In this document: one piece after another, positions 14,770 through 25,137 of the stretch
How positions within the stretch are numbered: position 1 is the stretch's first letter
Layout of the letters: each line of letters begins with the position of its first letter
From: a virus
Lineage: Duplodnaviria > Caudoviricetes
DNA: 54,743 nucleotides
Strand: one strand, 5' to 3'
Virus record (IMG/VR): IMGVR_UViG_3300032401_000014
Location: 1-54,743 of that record
The notes under the pieces: model-generated
The model's database searches: none
What the model was told of the DNA's origin: nothing
Seen by the model: the letters and a program-made list of their open reading frames with translations, nothing else
Position numbers and translations under genes: made by a program

Positions 14770-16614
14770 TTAGAAATTCTTATTGATGTCTGCGTAATAA
14801 ACGCCATTCGCATACACAAGCGTTACGATGTCGGCTTTATACGGCGTCGTCGTCAACGTCGGAGCTGAACCGCCAGCCCACGAAATAGTCGGCCACGTCG
14901 TTATCGTCTTTGAACCGCCTGAATCTTGAATGATAATAAAACGGTAAACTCCACCGACGACCGGATTGGCCATCGTTACGGTACGCCCTGTTGAACCGAG
15001 TGTTACATACTGCGTGTTTCCGTTGTTCCAGTCGATTGCAATAGTAGTGCTGTCGGTGAGCTGGTATTGACCGTAAACTCCTTTACCTTGCGGGCCGGGT
15101 ATCGGCCAGCCGTCGTCGCCTTTGTCTCCTTCGTCGCCGGGAATCGTAATGCCCACGCCTTGCGGCCCCTGCGGGCCAGTCAATCCACGAGGGCCGGGCA
15201 GTGGGTAGCCATCTTCACCCGTATCACCCGTATCACCCGGAATCGTTATTCCATACGGCCCCTGAATCCCCTGCGGGCCAGTCTGTCCCCTGTTCCCCGG
15301 TATCGGCATCCCGTCCTCGCCTGTGTCGCCTTGCTCTCCCGGAGTTCCCGGCGTTCCAGTTGTTCCCTGCGGCCCCTGCCGACCTTGTACGCCGGGCAGT
15401 GGATAGCCGTCCTCTCCGTCATCTCCTGCATCTCCAGTCATTCCTTGAAAACCACGCAAACCACGCTCGCCTTGTATTCCCTGTGGGCCGGGTAAAGGAT
15501 AGCCGTCCTCGCCAGTATCGCCAGTATCGCCAGTCGTCCCCGGAGTTCCCTGAGCCCCTTGAGCCCCAGTTCTTCCTTGAACACCGGGAAGTGACCACGC
15601 ATCATCTCCAGATTCTCCCTGATCTCCCGGAACGAAAGATACTCCCGGAGCTCCCTGTGGGCCTTGCCGTCCCTGTGGGCCGGGGATAGGCCAACCATCT
15701 TCGCCCGTGTCTCCCGTGTCTCCTGTTGTTCCCGGAGTTCCCTGAACGCCCTGTGTCCCTGTCACTCCACGAGCACCGGGTATCGGCATCCCATCTTCAC
15801 CCTGATCGCCCTGTTCGCCCTGTATCCCAAGTCCAGCCGCTCCTCGGTCGCCAGTATATCCACGAGGCCCTTGTATCGTCCAGCCGTCATCGCCTTGATC
15901 TCCAGCTTCTCCCGGAGTCCCCGGAGTCCCTGAACTTCCTTGAACACCCTGCCGCCCCTGAACACCCGGAATCGGATAGCCGTCATCGCCCGAATCTCCC
16001 TGATCTCCCTGTATCCCTATCCCCGGAGTCCCTTGTAATCCTCTCTGCCCCTGTGAGCCTTGAATAGTCCATCCGTCCTCACCAGCTTCACCAGAATCTC
16101 CGGGAGTTCCGGGGACTCCGGAACTTCCCTGAGCACCTTGTTGACCTCTCGGCCCCGGTATCGGGTATCCATCTTCACCTTGATCGCCCTGATCTCCTTG
16201 TATGCCTAAACCAGCAGGCCCTTGCAATCCCTGAGCACCTCTCAGCCCTGGTATCGGTATCCCATCATCACCAGTATCTCCGATCTCTCCGGGTATTCCT
16301 ATGCCGGGAACTCCCTGTATTCCACGAGCACCCGGAGGGCCAACGATATGACCATCCTCGCCAGTCTCTCCTTGTTCTCCGGGAACGAAAGAAACTCCGG
16401 GAGCACCCTGCGAACCCGTGAGTCCCGTCAAACCACGTGGGCCGGGAACATTGCTGTCGTCGCCCTGATCTCCCTGTTCACCGGGAACACCACGGCCTTG
16501 AGCACCCTGAGCACCTGGAGGGCCTTGCACTGCCGATACAGAGAGACTGATCGGATTGACAGGATTCAGCTCGATCGAGATGCTGTTGATCGTTACTATA
16601 ATTGGCATATTCAT
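14770..16614 (-). CDS. Collagen-like (Gly-X-Y) tail fibre with C-terminal beta domain
   Basis: About 500 aa of interrupted GXY; C-terminal IAIDWNNGNTQYVTL...IIQDSGGSKTITTWPT; start refined to 16614. Confidence 0.9.
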   Translation of the reverse strand: MNMPIIVTINSISIELNPVNPISLSVSAVQGPPGAQGAQGRGVPGEQGDQGDDSNVPGPRGLTGLTGSQGAPGVSFVPGEQGETGEDGHIVGPPGARGIQGVPGIGIPGEIGDTGDDGIPIPGLRGAQGLQGPAGLGIQGDQGDQGEDGYPIPGPRGQQGAQGSSGVPGTPGDSGEAGEDGWTIQGSQGQRGLQGTPGIGIQGDQGDSGDDGYPIPGVQGRQGVQGSSGTPGTPGEAGDQGDDGWTIQGPRGYTGDRGAAGLGIQGEQGDQGEDGMPIPGARGVTGTQGVQGTPGTTGDTGDTGEDGWPIPGPQGRQGPQGAPGVSFVPGDQGESGDDAWSLPGVQGRTGAQGAQGTPGTTGDTGDTGEDGYPLPGPQGIQGERGLRGFQGMTGDAGDDGEDGYPLPGVQGRQGPQGTTGTPGTPGEQGDTGEDGMPIPGNRGQTGPQGIQGPYGITIPGDTGDTGEDGYPLPGPRGLTGPQGPQGVGITIPGDEGDKGDDGWPIPGPQGKGVYGQYQLTDSTTIAIDWNNGNTQYVTLGSTGRTVTMANPVVGGVYRFIIIQDSGGSKTITTWPTISWAGGSAPTLTTTPYKADIVTLVYANGVYYADINKNF

Positions 16615-16931
16615 CGCTGTATCACCTTGAAAGTCCCAGCTATCAACGTGCGATATGATTGAACTCCGGCCCAGGCCAGATACCATTTATAATTTATCTT
16701 GAGCAACTCGGCAGTATCGAGAGCTGAAAGGCTGAGATTGATTTTTCCGAGAGGAAGGCTCACTGTATCCACGGTGAACGATTGAACATCTTCGCCCTCG
16801 TATGTTATCGCCCCCGTAAAATCAATTCCAGTAATATCGAACCCGAACGTGACCAGCATAGAAACAACGTCACCTGCAATCATTGAGATGTCCAAGACGG
16901 CAGGCAAAACATTGTACTGTTGATTGCTCAT
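16611..16931 (-). CDS. Fibre attachment/adaptor protein (BppU N-like)
   Basis: LDI.M.AGD...GKINLSLS...TLIAGTFKV. Confidence 0.6.
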   Translation of the reverse strand: MSNQQYNVLPAVLDISMIAGDVVSMLVTFGFDITGIDFTGAITYEGEDVQSFTVDTVSLPLGKINLSLSALDTAELLKINYKWYLAWAGVQSYRTLIAGTFKVIQR

Positions 16932-16941
16932 AGTGTTGTCC

Positions 16942-18006
16942 TCACGATAATACGATGACTTTGCTCAAATCAGAAAAGCTGTCGATTCCAAAACACGACG
17001 TAATATATATTGTATGCCTAAAGCTCCAAATATTTGATAATGTTTGCGTAAAAGAAAGTCCTGGCATTAGTCTCCAATCTCCATTTTGGTATATTTGCAA
17101 CGAATAGCCACTAAGGTCGGCATAGAACCTGTAATGTCCTGGGTTCAGGGTTATCCCATAAACAGTAGTATCCCACGTTGAATTATATACATACCAGAAA
17201 AGAACAACAGGGCGATAAACATATCCGACCACCGTCGCTGGAGACCATGAAGTGCCCCAATCCTTTTGAAGAATGAGAGTTCCTGAATCATATATTTTAT
17301 TAACAGAGAACAGGTTGTTAAGTTTTATTTTCTTTTTTGTACTGCTTGGAGTTTCAAGAATCGTCAAATCGGTTCCAGCGGGAGCCGTATTTTCGGTCAA
17401 TGCCGTAATCTCTCCCGCTCTGGTCGCTCGCAGAACATTGTCAATCGGGAAGGAGCTGAACGTAAAAGCCCCGCCGATGTTTCCAACCATCTGAGCGATT
17501 GCGAGTTCATACGTTGTCGGTGCGTTTGTGTCCACTGTTATAACAAAAGAAGGAACTCTTTCATACGCATACGAGCCTGACGACCGTGCTCTCGTTCTTG
17601 TGTTTCCATCGGTTTCGGTGTATGCGATTTTTATATAATTTATGGTACTGCCGTCCAGAGTAGCAGAAGGAAGGGTCATGTTTGTCTGTTGCGTCGTACC
17701 AACGAATTTTATAATATCGGCAGTCATGTACGACGGCGGGAAAGACGCAAACGTGTCCGGTATCGTGACTTGATAATTAACCAGAGCGTACACCGGAGTT
17801 ATATTTATCGTGTCTCCTGTTCCTTTCGATACCGTCCCGCCAGCGAGAAGGCAGGGAACAGCCCCAGCCAACGATGCGGTAATAGCTCCCGCCTGATCGA
17901 GTACATACTGCAAGTCACGAATCTTGTCAGGGCTGTAATAGCGGTCTCCGACATTTATCGGAGTTGTTCCTGAGTACGTCCAGTTTCCATGTTTATTTAT
18001 TGGCAT
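16942..18006 (-). CDS. Tail fibre / baseplate-proximal fibre protein
   Basis: Follows the wedge genes; Thr-rich; AT-richer C-terminal part. Confidence 0.7.
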   Translation of the reverse strand: MPINKHGNWTYSGTTPINVGDRYYSPDKIRDLQYVLDQAGAITASLAGAVPCLLAGGTVSKGTGDTINITPVYALVNYQVTIPDTFASFPPSYMTADIIKFVGTTQQTNMTLPSATLDGSTINYIKIAYTETDGNTRTRARSSGSYAYERVPSFVITVDTNAPTTYELAIAQMVGNIGGAFTFSSFPIDNVLRATRAGEITALTENTAPAGTDLTILETPSSTKKKIKLNNLFSVNKIYDSGTLILQKDWGTSWSPATVVGYVYRPVVLFWYVYNSTWDTTVYGITLNPGHYRFYADLSGYSLQIYQNGDWRLMPGLSFTQTLSNIWSFRHTIYITSCFGIDSFSDLSKVIVLS

Positions 18007-18016
18007 TTCGATTCTC

Positions 18017-18682
18017 CTAATCTATTGTTCCGTTCGCATATACGATCGTCTGACCGCTCGAATTTATGTATGATAGATATACCGCAAAATAAGCCGGGCA
18101 GTCGTCCTCCGCTATCGCATCGACGATCTGTGCGATCTGCGACGATGTAAGAACTGGCGTATTTATTCCAACGTGACAGTTAATATAAATATTTCCTCTC
18201 ATCTCAGGGTCGGTGTAGCCGCCGATCTCATTTATGCCGAGATACGCAGAATCGAACCCGACTCCCTCGCTGTTCCAGTACGTCCCCGCAGAAACGATAC
18301 CATCATCTTCAATCCAGTCCTCGGTCGTCGATGGCACATAGATAATCGCCGAGCTATATCCGGTGATCGTATCTATTTTTATTTTAACATTCTGCGTCCA
18401 GAGTCCTCTTTTTTTGTGAGTGGCGATCGCATTTTTTATCTTCAGCCGCTTTGTGACTTCCGAATCATACGGCAAGAATCCTGCCCCCAAAAAGTACCCA
18501 AGCTCATTGAGCAAATCGGATGAGACTCGTTCCGGCATCTTTGCGAAATACAGCTCCATGAGTTCATTGTACCACGACAGCATGATCGAGTTCATCTTCG
18601 CCACGAGAGCAAGATACGCCGCATCGGGATTGTCCCGATGAAGTTTTGAAGCATAATTCTCAAAAGGATACGGCAACAGCAT
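18017..18682 (-). CDS. Baseplate wedge / tail protein I-like
   Basis: LLNELGYFLG...KRLKIKNAIATHKKRG. Confidence 0.75.
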   Translation of the reverse strand: MLLPYPFENYASKLHRDNPDAAYLALVAKMNSIMLSWYNELMELYFAKMPERVSSDLLNELGYFLGAGFLPYDSEVTKRLKIKNAIATHKKRGLWTQNVKIKIDTITGYSSAIIYVPSTTEDWIEDDGIVSAGTYWNSEGVGFDSAYLGINEIGGYTDPEMRGNIYINCHVGINTPVLTSSQIAQIVDAIAEDDCPAYFAVYLSYINSSGQTIVYANGTID

Positions 18683-18683
18683 A

Positions 18684-20450
18684 TTAAATCACCTGTGTGA
18701 TATTCGCCGGATTCACGTTCGCCTGCGTTATCTGATTCTGAGCACATACGATCGGAAACGTCGGGCTTGTAATCGTGAGATAGTTAACCCCAGTTACATA
18801 TTCCTGAATAAATCCGAGCACTTCAGACTCCTGGAAAACCTGTCCGAACACGGCAGGCTCAAGCACGAGTAACATTCTTTTGATCGCATTGTAATCGGCA
18901 GAAGTAAAACTCGTGCCCCACTTCACATTGATATACGCAACGGCGGCAGAAATACCTCCTGACGAATACGCTGTCTGAATCTCTTTCCCTGCTTCAAAAA
19001 ACAAGAGCCTGAACGCCAGCACGACGTATGCCTGCACCGTCGCCCAGACCGACCCCGTTGTGATATTCACCTGTGCGTAGGGATTCTGCGGCAGGTATAA
19101 AGCTGATGAAGTTCTTACATCCACCGATTCAAACAGCGTCAATCCGATAAGATACGCCTGGAGATTCGCCAGTAGCGGAGCTGAAGGAGTCCCGCCGCCG
19201 GAGGGAACGACGCTCACGCCACAACTCATGAGTCCATATTGATTTTTATATATCCCGGCAGTGCAGACTCCAGGATACGCCGACGCAAAAGCCAGTCCAT
19301 CTGCCGATGACATGAAATGACTCCGTGCCTTGAGTAACATGGGAGCTATGATCTTCGCATCTATAATTGATTGCTCGTCAGCTCCTCCGGTAAAATACTG
19401 AGAGTTCGTCACGCCGTTGATATTCGAGTTCCCCCCTGAGTATGCGGTTATCCGATTATAAGACGATATATTCGACGATGAACCACCGCCAACTGCGTAC
19501 ATAGAAGAGATCGGAAATGCTCCTGGTATCGCACCGTATATCCCGTTACCGAACATTATCCCCGACGCTCCATTCTGCAAGTGAATGATTTTATAAACCG
19601 TGTCAGTTGAAATTGAATTTACAAACGACGTTACCTGAGTCCACGTCACCGAATTTATGACGATCGCCAGCGTCAAGTCGAGAATCTTGAGATCGGGAAG
19701 CTGATAAAATTGCCACTGTGTCACGCCGTCGCTTGTCCCGATGACGGTACTATTTACAAGGCTTTGTTGCTGATAGACAGTCATGTGGAATGAGAACATG
19801 CTGATCGTGTGAACACCAGTTCCGTTCGTCGTCAGCGTAATCGCCGTCCCTGCGAACGCATCTGACACGCTGGCGGCGAGCTTTATCTGCGTGGCACTTA
19901 CATAAATCACGTAATAGCTCACGGCAAGCTGAAGCGGGGAAGGAAGTGTCCCTGTCGTTGTGAGCCGTACTCTATCGCCTGTCGCATAGACCCCGGCGAC
20001 TGTTAATTTCCCAGTCGTGAAGTCTGTCGTGAAATTCTCGCTGGAAGCATTAACCACCATCCCTGTCAAGGTCTCGAAATTTAAAGACGGAAACGTCATC
20101 GAACCTTGTGACTGTGCTTTCAAATCTGTAACACTGAAGGTTACAGGGAACGCAACATAGTTCGGGTCAAGATAAAATGTCAAATCTCCGATTGATGTTG
20201 AATGAGCTGTGAGCTGATAGTCGATCAGAGCACATAGATCGGCCACGGCCTGACGTGTAAAGGCTGTCCTTAATAGCGACTGATTTGCTATGGCGTTCTC
20301 CATGACTGCCGAGCCGTCCCGTGCTCCGGCGATAAGTCGCTTGAACCATACAGGCTTGTCTTTCAGATCAGGGTCGTTGTTGATGTCGTTCATAACCGAG
20401 TCAAAATCGGTGCTCGTGTATTGAATCGGATTCGTTAAAAGCTGTGTCAT
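18684..20450 (-). CDS. Baseplate J / gp6-like wedge protein with inserted domain
   Basis: YTSTDFDS, IMFGNGIYGAIP, YAVGGG, TGGADEQS. Confidence 0.85.
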   Translation of the reverse strand: MTQLLTNPIQYTSTDFDSVMNDINNDPDLKDKPVWFKRLIAGARDGSAVMENAIANQSLLRTAFTRQAVADLCALIDYQLTAHSTSIGDLTFYLDPNYVAFPVTFSVTDLKAQSQGSMTFPSLNFETLTGMVVNASSENFTTDFTTGKLTVAGVYATGDRVRLTTTGTLPSPLQLAVSYYVIYVSATQIKLAASVSDAFAGTAITLTTNGTGVHTISMFSFHMTVYQQQSLVNSTVIGTSDGVTQWQFYQLPDLKILDLTLAIVINSVTWTQVTSFVNSISTDTVYKIIHLQNGASGIMFGNGIYGAIPGAFPISSMYAVGGGSSSNISSYNRITAYSGGNSNINGVTNSQYFTGGADEQSIIDAKIIAPMLLKARSHFMSSADGLAFASAYPGVCTAGIYKNQYGLMSCGVSVVPSGGGTPSAPLLANLQAYLIGLTLFESVDVRTSSALYLPQNPYAQVNITTGSVWATVQAYVVLAFRLLFFEAGKEIQTAYSSGGISAAVAYINVKWGTSFTSADYNAIKRMLLVLEPAVFGQVFQESEVLGFIQEYVTGVNYLTITSPTFPIVCAQNQITQANVNPANITQVI

Positions 20451-20866
20451 TGTATCACTCCAGTCGATAGCATTATTTGACTCGGATTTTTAACATCGGC
20501 GTATAAAAAATAAAAAATTGATAAATCCAGATTTCCAGCATCGTCTTGTTTATATTCAATCGAATCCTGGCTTACTGCCAACCGCCGATCGGGATAGTCT
20601 TCTGAGCCGTCCGTGACCACCGTATTTCTAAAAGCAACGGCGTTCGCTATTCCGTACGTCACGGCAATTCTCAATCTCAATCCAGACGGAAAATTCTCCA
20701 TGTTTTTAATCCCGGCCCCGAACTCTCTGAAAAAAAACATTGATTTCTGAGGCTGAACAATTACCTCGATAAGATCGTGTTTCGCTTCATCCTTCGAGTC
20801 AAGAAGCCCATAATTAAAAAAATAATCTGAGCTTGCATATTGTTTAAATAAATTGCTGGCCTGCAT
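20447..20866 (-). CDS. gp25/gpW-like baseplate protein
   Basis: QPQKSMFFFREFGAGI; position. Confidence 0.7.
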   Translation of the reverse strand: MQASNLFKQYASSDYFFNYGLLDSKDEAKHDLIEVIVQPQKSMFFFREFGAGIKNMENFPSGLRLRIAVTYGIANAVAFRNTVVTDGSEDYPDRRLAVSQDSIEYKQDDAGNLDLSIFYFLYADVKNPSQIMLSTGVIQ

Positions 20867-20867
20867 G

Positions 20868-21497
20868 TCAACTTCCCTTTATGATCTCGCTCAAGTAATC
20901 AGGCCCGATCTGAGGCGACTGCGTGGGCGGGGCCTGTACTGTGCCCGTCCCTATGAAATTATGCGTATGCGTATCGAGCCAAATTTTTAACTCATCAAGC
21001 CATTCGTCGAGCTTCTGCCCTCTCACCGTCTTGTACGTCCCATCCTCCGGGGACATCATCGTCGTATCAATCACCAACTTGTCGAATACAGAATATTCTT
21101 TCAGCATTGAATTGAACGTGATAGTATCAAGCGAGTTTGCAGGGTCTTGAAAAAGCAGATGATCTGTCGGCTTTCCCCCGAACCCTGACGGCGTGTTTCC
21201 CTGAATCTCGACCGCCGGGAAAAGATACACGGCCCTGTTCTGATCTCCTCCCATGAAATAAATCTCGACGTATGTTCCGATTGCAGGGACACTCATCCCG
21301 TTTCCCTGGCGGGGCCGTGCCCAAATCTGAATATCGTTCCAGCCCAGCTCGTCGATCTCGACCTGTACGCACCCGTTCTGCGTTGTGTCATTGTTATCGA
21401 CGACCTTCGCTATCCAGTGCTTCAGAAACATTGTCTCTTCATAAATGAAGCATCGAATCAATCCAGCTAAACCCTGTTTTTGATTTACAAAACTCAT
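20868..21497 (-). CDS. Baseplate spike (gpV/gp5 OB-fold)
   Basis: VVDNND...G.VQV, WARP, VPAIG..VEIYFMGGD, HTH tip motif. Confidence 0.85.
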   Translation of the reverse strand: MSFVNQKQGLAGLIRCFIYEETMFLKHWIAKVVDNNDTTQNGCVQVEIDELGWNDIQIWARPRQGNGMSVPAIGTYVEIYFMGGDQNRAVYLFPAVEIQGNTPSGFGGKPTDHLLFQDPANSLDTITFNSMLKEYSVFDKLVIDTTMMSPEDGTYKTVRGQKLDEWLDELKIWLDTHTHNFIGTGTVQAPPTQSPQIGPDYLSEIIKGS

Positions 21498-22789
21498 CCG
21501 ACGAATGAACCTCCCGTAATCGTGAGAATATCCGCAATGTCCAAGTCCATGTGATACCCGCTGGAGTCAATCGTGTGCGTCACCTTGCGAGTCCAGAAGC
21601 TCGTTTTCGGTTGGCGGCTATATACTGACGACTCGCTTATTACATCCGGTGCGATGGCCCGCATCTGTGCGATCGCAGGGAACCCTTCTCCGAACATTAT
21701 CCGCATCGGAGCGACATAGAGAGGATTTCCGAGAGCACGAACATTGAACGTCCAGCCGTACCCCTGCGGGGCGGTCGTATATTTCTTTGAGATAAAAAAG
21801 CCTTTATCTACCAACGTCTGAAATTTATTGATTTGCAAAAGTTCTTTTATCGCTGACGCTCTGTTCTTTGTGCCAGGATGGTCTTTTATGTATTTCTTTA
21901 TGGCATCGGGAGCGATCTCATAGTCCTGTATCTCAAGCGTTTTTGCCTTGAATCTTCTGAATGTTGGCTTTCCGCCGAGATAAATAATCTGCACGTTGTC
22001 GCCTGCGGATTCTCCGGCCATCTGCTGAAATGAATAACTCATTACGTTTCTGACTCCATGCTTATAGTCGAGAATCCCTGAGAAGCCGATCGAGTTCCCG
22101 ACCAAGTTTGCGAACTGTTCCATCTCTGGAGAATTATAATCAGCGAACAGAGCGATCGAACCTTTCTTTCCCTGCCCGATCGAAAATACAACACCGTATC
22201 GAAAAGACATGTCGGCAACGAATCTGAAATATGACTCCCATTGGATGAGAGCCGTGTCTTGATTAAGCACTTCACTTTGTCTGCTGAAATTCACGAGCTG
22301 GTTTTCGTATGGAATACCCATATTGAAAAGAGCATCTCTTACGGCATCGCCTCGTGTCCCTCGACCATAAACCATTGTCGTGCTTCCGCCGAAATATTCA
22401 GAGCCGAGAAAATTACAGTTATACACTATGTTCCCATTGCTGTCGGCACTACCACTGGGGCTGGTCACGAAAACATTAAGCCCTCCTCTTGATAATGGCC
22501 CGTTGATTTCTTTCGAGTTTGCTTTCATTGCCAGAGCCAGCTCTATCGGATTATCAGGCTTCTTGTAGCCCCACTTTATTTTCAACTTCTGCCCCAGGCA
22601 CAAAATTCGATCAAGAGAAACATTGAACGGGTCATACATCTGAATTGACCCTGTAATAATCCTGCCGACTTCTTCGGTTATCGTCAATGAAATGACATAC
22701 TTGTTTATCGACTCGGCCTCTGCCACGTCCTCATCGTACTGCGTGAGCACTTCAAAAAATGAAGAGTCTTGATTTAATAATCCTATCAT
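21494..22789 (-). CDS. Baseplate hub (gpD/gp27-like)
   Basis: GQKLKIKWGY, ALGNP, RKVTHTIDSSGY. Confidence 0.8.
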   Translation of the reverse strand: MIGLLNQDSSFFEVLTQYDEDVAEAESINKYVISLTITEEVGRIITGSIQMYDPFNVSLDRILCLGQKLKIKWGYKKPDNPIELALAMKANSKEINGPLSRGGLNVFVTSPSGSADSNGNIVYNCNFLGSEYFGGSTTMVYGRGTRGDAVRDALFNMGIPYENQLVNFSRQSEVLNQDTALIQWESYFRFVADMSFRYGVVFSIGQGKKGSIALFADYNSPEMEQFANLVGNSIGFSGILDYKHGVRNVMSYSFQQMAGESAGDNVQIIYLGGKPTFRRFKAKTLEIQDYEIAPDAIKKYIKDHPGTKNRASAIKELLQINKFQTLVDKGFFISKKYTTAPQGYGWTFNVRALGNPLYVAPMRIMFGEGFPAIAQMRAIAPDVISESSVYSRQPKTSFWTRKVTHTIDSSGYHMDLDIADILTITGGSFVG

Positions 22790-23061
22790 GGCAGTGGTAT
22801 ATTCAAAGTTTCTATTTTATTCAAATCAAATTTCACATCAAACAACAATGCGATATTATGCTCGACTATCTGATAATAATTCGCTTCGCTTCCTGACCCA
22901 TACACGTTCGATTTGCTTGCTATCTCATCAAGATCATCTCCCGTCTGAACCGGGTATTGAAACCACGTCGAATATTTCGGATACGGTTGAAAATCATTTA
23001 TCGCAAACGTCCGTCCGTTCGCATCGGTGAAGGAGAGAGTCGGCGTTGTTAAATTTCTCAT
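22786..23061 (-). CDS. LysM/gpX-like tail protein
   Basis: YPVQTGDDLDEIA...VYG...LNIP. Confidence 0.7.
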   Translation of the reverse strand: MRNLTTPTLSFTDANGRTFAINDFQPYPKYSTWFQYPVQTGDDLDEIASKSNVYGSGSEANYYQIVEHNIALLFDVKFDLNKIETLNIPLP

Positions 23062-23627
23062 ATCGGCTTTCCTCCGGTCAGCACGTTCATCGGCGGCATG
23101 ACCTGACCTGTTCTCGCCATTGCGAACCTGAAAACTTCCTCCATCATATACATCGGATTTGATTCATCGAGCCAGAGTTCAAAGTCGATCTCCGAATACA
23201 TCGGATAGCCTGCACGATTGACCCAACCCTGCTTGTTTGCCGGATCGCATTTTTTCACCCAGTAAATTTGTGGAGTCGAACCTGTCCCCCAGTTGTAGAG
23301 TACCTGCGGAGTCGGGATAAACTGTCCTGAAAAAATCTGAGTGATGCCCTGTGCTTGATTTCTCAACATGTCGAATTGCTTGAGTATCGCCAGGTTGCCG
23401 ATGAACGGGTCACGTTTTATCAGGGGAAGCGTGAAGGCGAGCTTGCGATTACCGCCGCCTCCGTATGCGATCGGCCTGTAATTCAATCCGGGGATTGGAT
23501 TCTCAACGAGTACGATCTCTTTGACATCATGAATGTCTCCTGGAATACACCACGGCGACGTGATGAGCTGGGCGTTCGCTATGTCGAACATGAACCACGA
23601 AATATGAAAATCAACTTTGCCGCTCAT
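23058..23627 (-). CDS. Tail tube initiator (gpU/CIS tube-like)
   Basis: IPGLNY.PI.YGGGGNRKLAF, PQVLYNWG. Confidence 0.7.
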   Translation of the reverse strand: MSGKVDFHISWFMFDIANAQLITSPWCIPGDIHDVKEIVLVENPIPGLNYRPIAYGGGGNRKLAFTLPLIKRDPFIGNLAILKQFDMLRNQAQGITQIFSGQFIPTPQVLYNWGTGSTPQIYWVKKCDPANKQGWVNRAGYPMYSEIDFELWLDESNPMYMMEEVFRFAMARTGQVMPPMNVLTGGKPI

Positions 23628-24874
23628 GATGTCCCTCGTACATCGAGACTCATCGTGAGAAATTCTTGCTGAAGTGCCGCCGCCAGTCCTCTCGATATGG
23701 TTTCGTTTATTTTATTTACGTCGCTGTACGGGCCGACATGGACATTGACCTCTATGTTCGCACCATACCAATTTTTCGGGTCAATTTTTTTAATATCCAT
23801 TTTCTCAATTTTCTTCTTCGTCTTGTCCTGTTGAGTATTCTGAGCGTTCGGAGCCGTAAGGTCTCTTGCCGCTTCACCAGCATCTTCCGCCATCGGCAAC
23901 AAACTTCTGTGTACGTTCACACCTGACTTTTGCCATGCACGAGCGTAATCTTCCAAAACTTTGTCAATTCGATCTTCATAATATTTCTTTCTCTCATCTG
24001 TCTTTGAAAAAGCCAGCCCAGATACTTCGGGCAGTAATCGTAATGATGTGACTATCGTTTGAAGAGCAAGGGCGATGGCTTCCAAACCTATTACTAATGA
24101 AACAGAAATTGATTGTCCGAGAAGCTTGAATACCCCACTTACTACTCCCCCAAATTTCAAAAGTTCACTGCCAATACCGAGTAAATTTTTTAAAGAATCC
24201 CAAACACTTTCAAAAGCCTCGGCAAGAGTTCCAATGTCAAACCCGGAGAAAAATGCCTTGCTGTATTTTATGAGCAACAAAAACGCATCGGTTAAAAAAT
24301 TAAGAATAGGCTCAATCGCCATTTGAACTGCCGTGGTCACGACCACGAATTTGAATAACAATACATTGAGAAGCTCAGATACCGTTTTAAAAGTCCCTCC
24401 AAATATTTTTGAGATACCTGAAGCAACCCGCTCCCAAACACGAGAGAGCATCCTGAACCATGATGTCACCACCGACCAAATAACCCGGAATACGTTTGCG
24501 ATCGTCACGCCCCAGCGAACGAACATCGCCCGATGATCTCGTATCCAGTTCAGCATACCCTGTAAAAGCGGTATGAGCTGTTGTCGCAGTGGCCAAAGTA
24601 GATTTCTTCCGATGATGTCTCCTGCAATTTTAAATGAGTATCCGATCTCAGGGATAAATCCCATTATTTTATGAGCCAGCGATATTAAATAATTCAGCCC
24701 GGTCGTCATGAGAGCCGTCCAGAGTCCGATTGACTTAGCTCCTGACGTTTCCATGCGTGTCGTGCTCTTTGTCACGTCTGTCAGTTTTTCTTCGATACGA
24801 CCCATTACTCCCAGTATCTCGGTGAATCCACGTTTAAACATCTCAGGGTCGAAAGTTAGATCAATGTCGTTCAT
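23624..24874 (-). CDS. Tape measure protein (short, 416 aa)
   Basis: Amphipathic helical, periodic W/F, follows the chaperones. Confidence 0.75.
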   Translation of the reverse strand: MNDIDLTFDPEMFKRGFTEILGVMGRIEEKLTDVTKSTTRMETSGAKSIGLWTALMTTGLNYLISLAHKIMGFIPEIGYSFKIAGDIIGRNLLWPLRQQLIPLLQGMLNWIRDHRAMFVRWGVTIANVFRVIWSVVTSWFRMLSRVWERVASGISKIFGGTFKTVSELLNVLLFKFVVVTTAVQMAIEPILNFLTDAFLLLIKYSKAFFSGFDIGTLAEAFESVWDSLKNLLGIGSELLKFGGVVSGVFKLLGQSISVSLVIGLEAIALALQTIVTSLRLLPEVSGLAFSKTDERKKYYEDRIDKVLEDYARAWQKSGVNVHRSLLPMAEDAGEAARDLTAPNAQNTQQDKTKKKIEKMDIKKIDPKNWYGANIEVNVHVGPYSDVNKINETISRGLAAALQQEFLTMSLDVRGTS

Positions 24875-25137
24875 ATCATTTCTTCTATTTCGCCAGCAGT
24901 GTCCCTAATCCTCTGGCTTGCTATCTCAGTCTGCTTGCGAATTATTTCATATTCCTTAAACTTCATTTTTTTTATTTCCTCAAAAGAAAAACCGCCTCTC
25001 GAACAGTACGCTATGTCGAAATACTCCTGAACAAAAACCTCCATCGTAAAATCAATATACTTCAGGCTCTCAGCCAACCACAAATAATCACGGCTCCCCT
25101 CGCCTCTCAGAATGACAGGGGAGCGGAGGCGAAAAAA
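24871..25137 (-). CDS. Tail assembly chaperone, frameshifted C-terminal part (GT-like)
   Basis: -1 frame relative to 25107..25940; slippery T TTT TTC at 25131-25137. Confidence 0.65.
   Translation of the reverse strand, partial: FFRLRSPVILRGEGSRDYLWLAESLKYIDFTMEVFVQEYFDIAYCSRGGFSFEEIKKMKFKEYEIIRKQTEIASQRIRDTAGEIEEMI

Noticed and set aside
13755-18006. Diversity-generating retroelement acting on fibre genes
   Set aside because: No reverse transcriptase ORF and no TR/VR pair with adenine-specific mismatches seen
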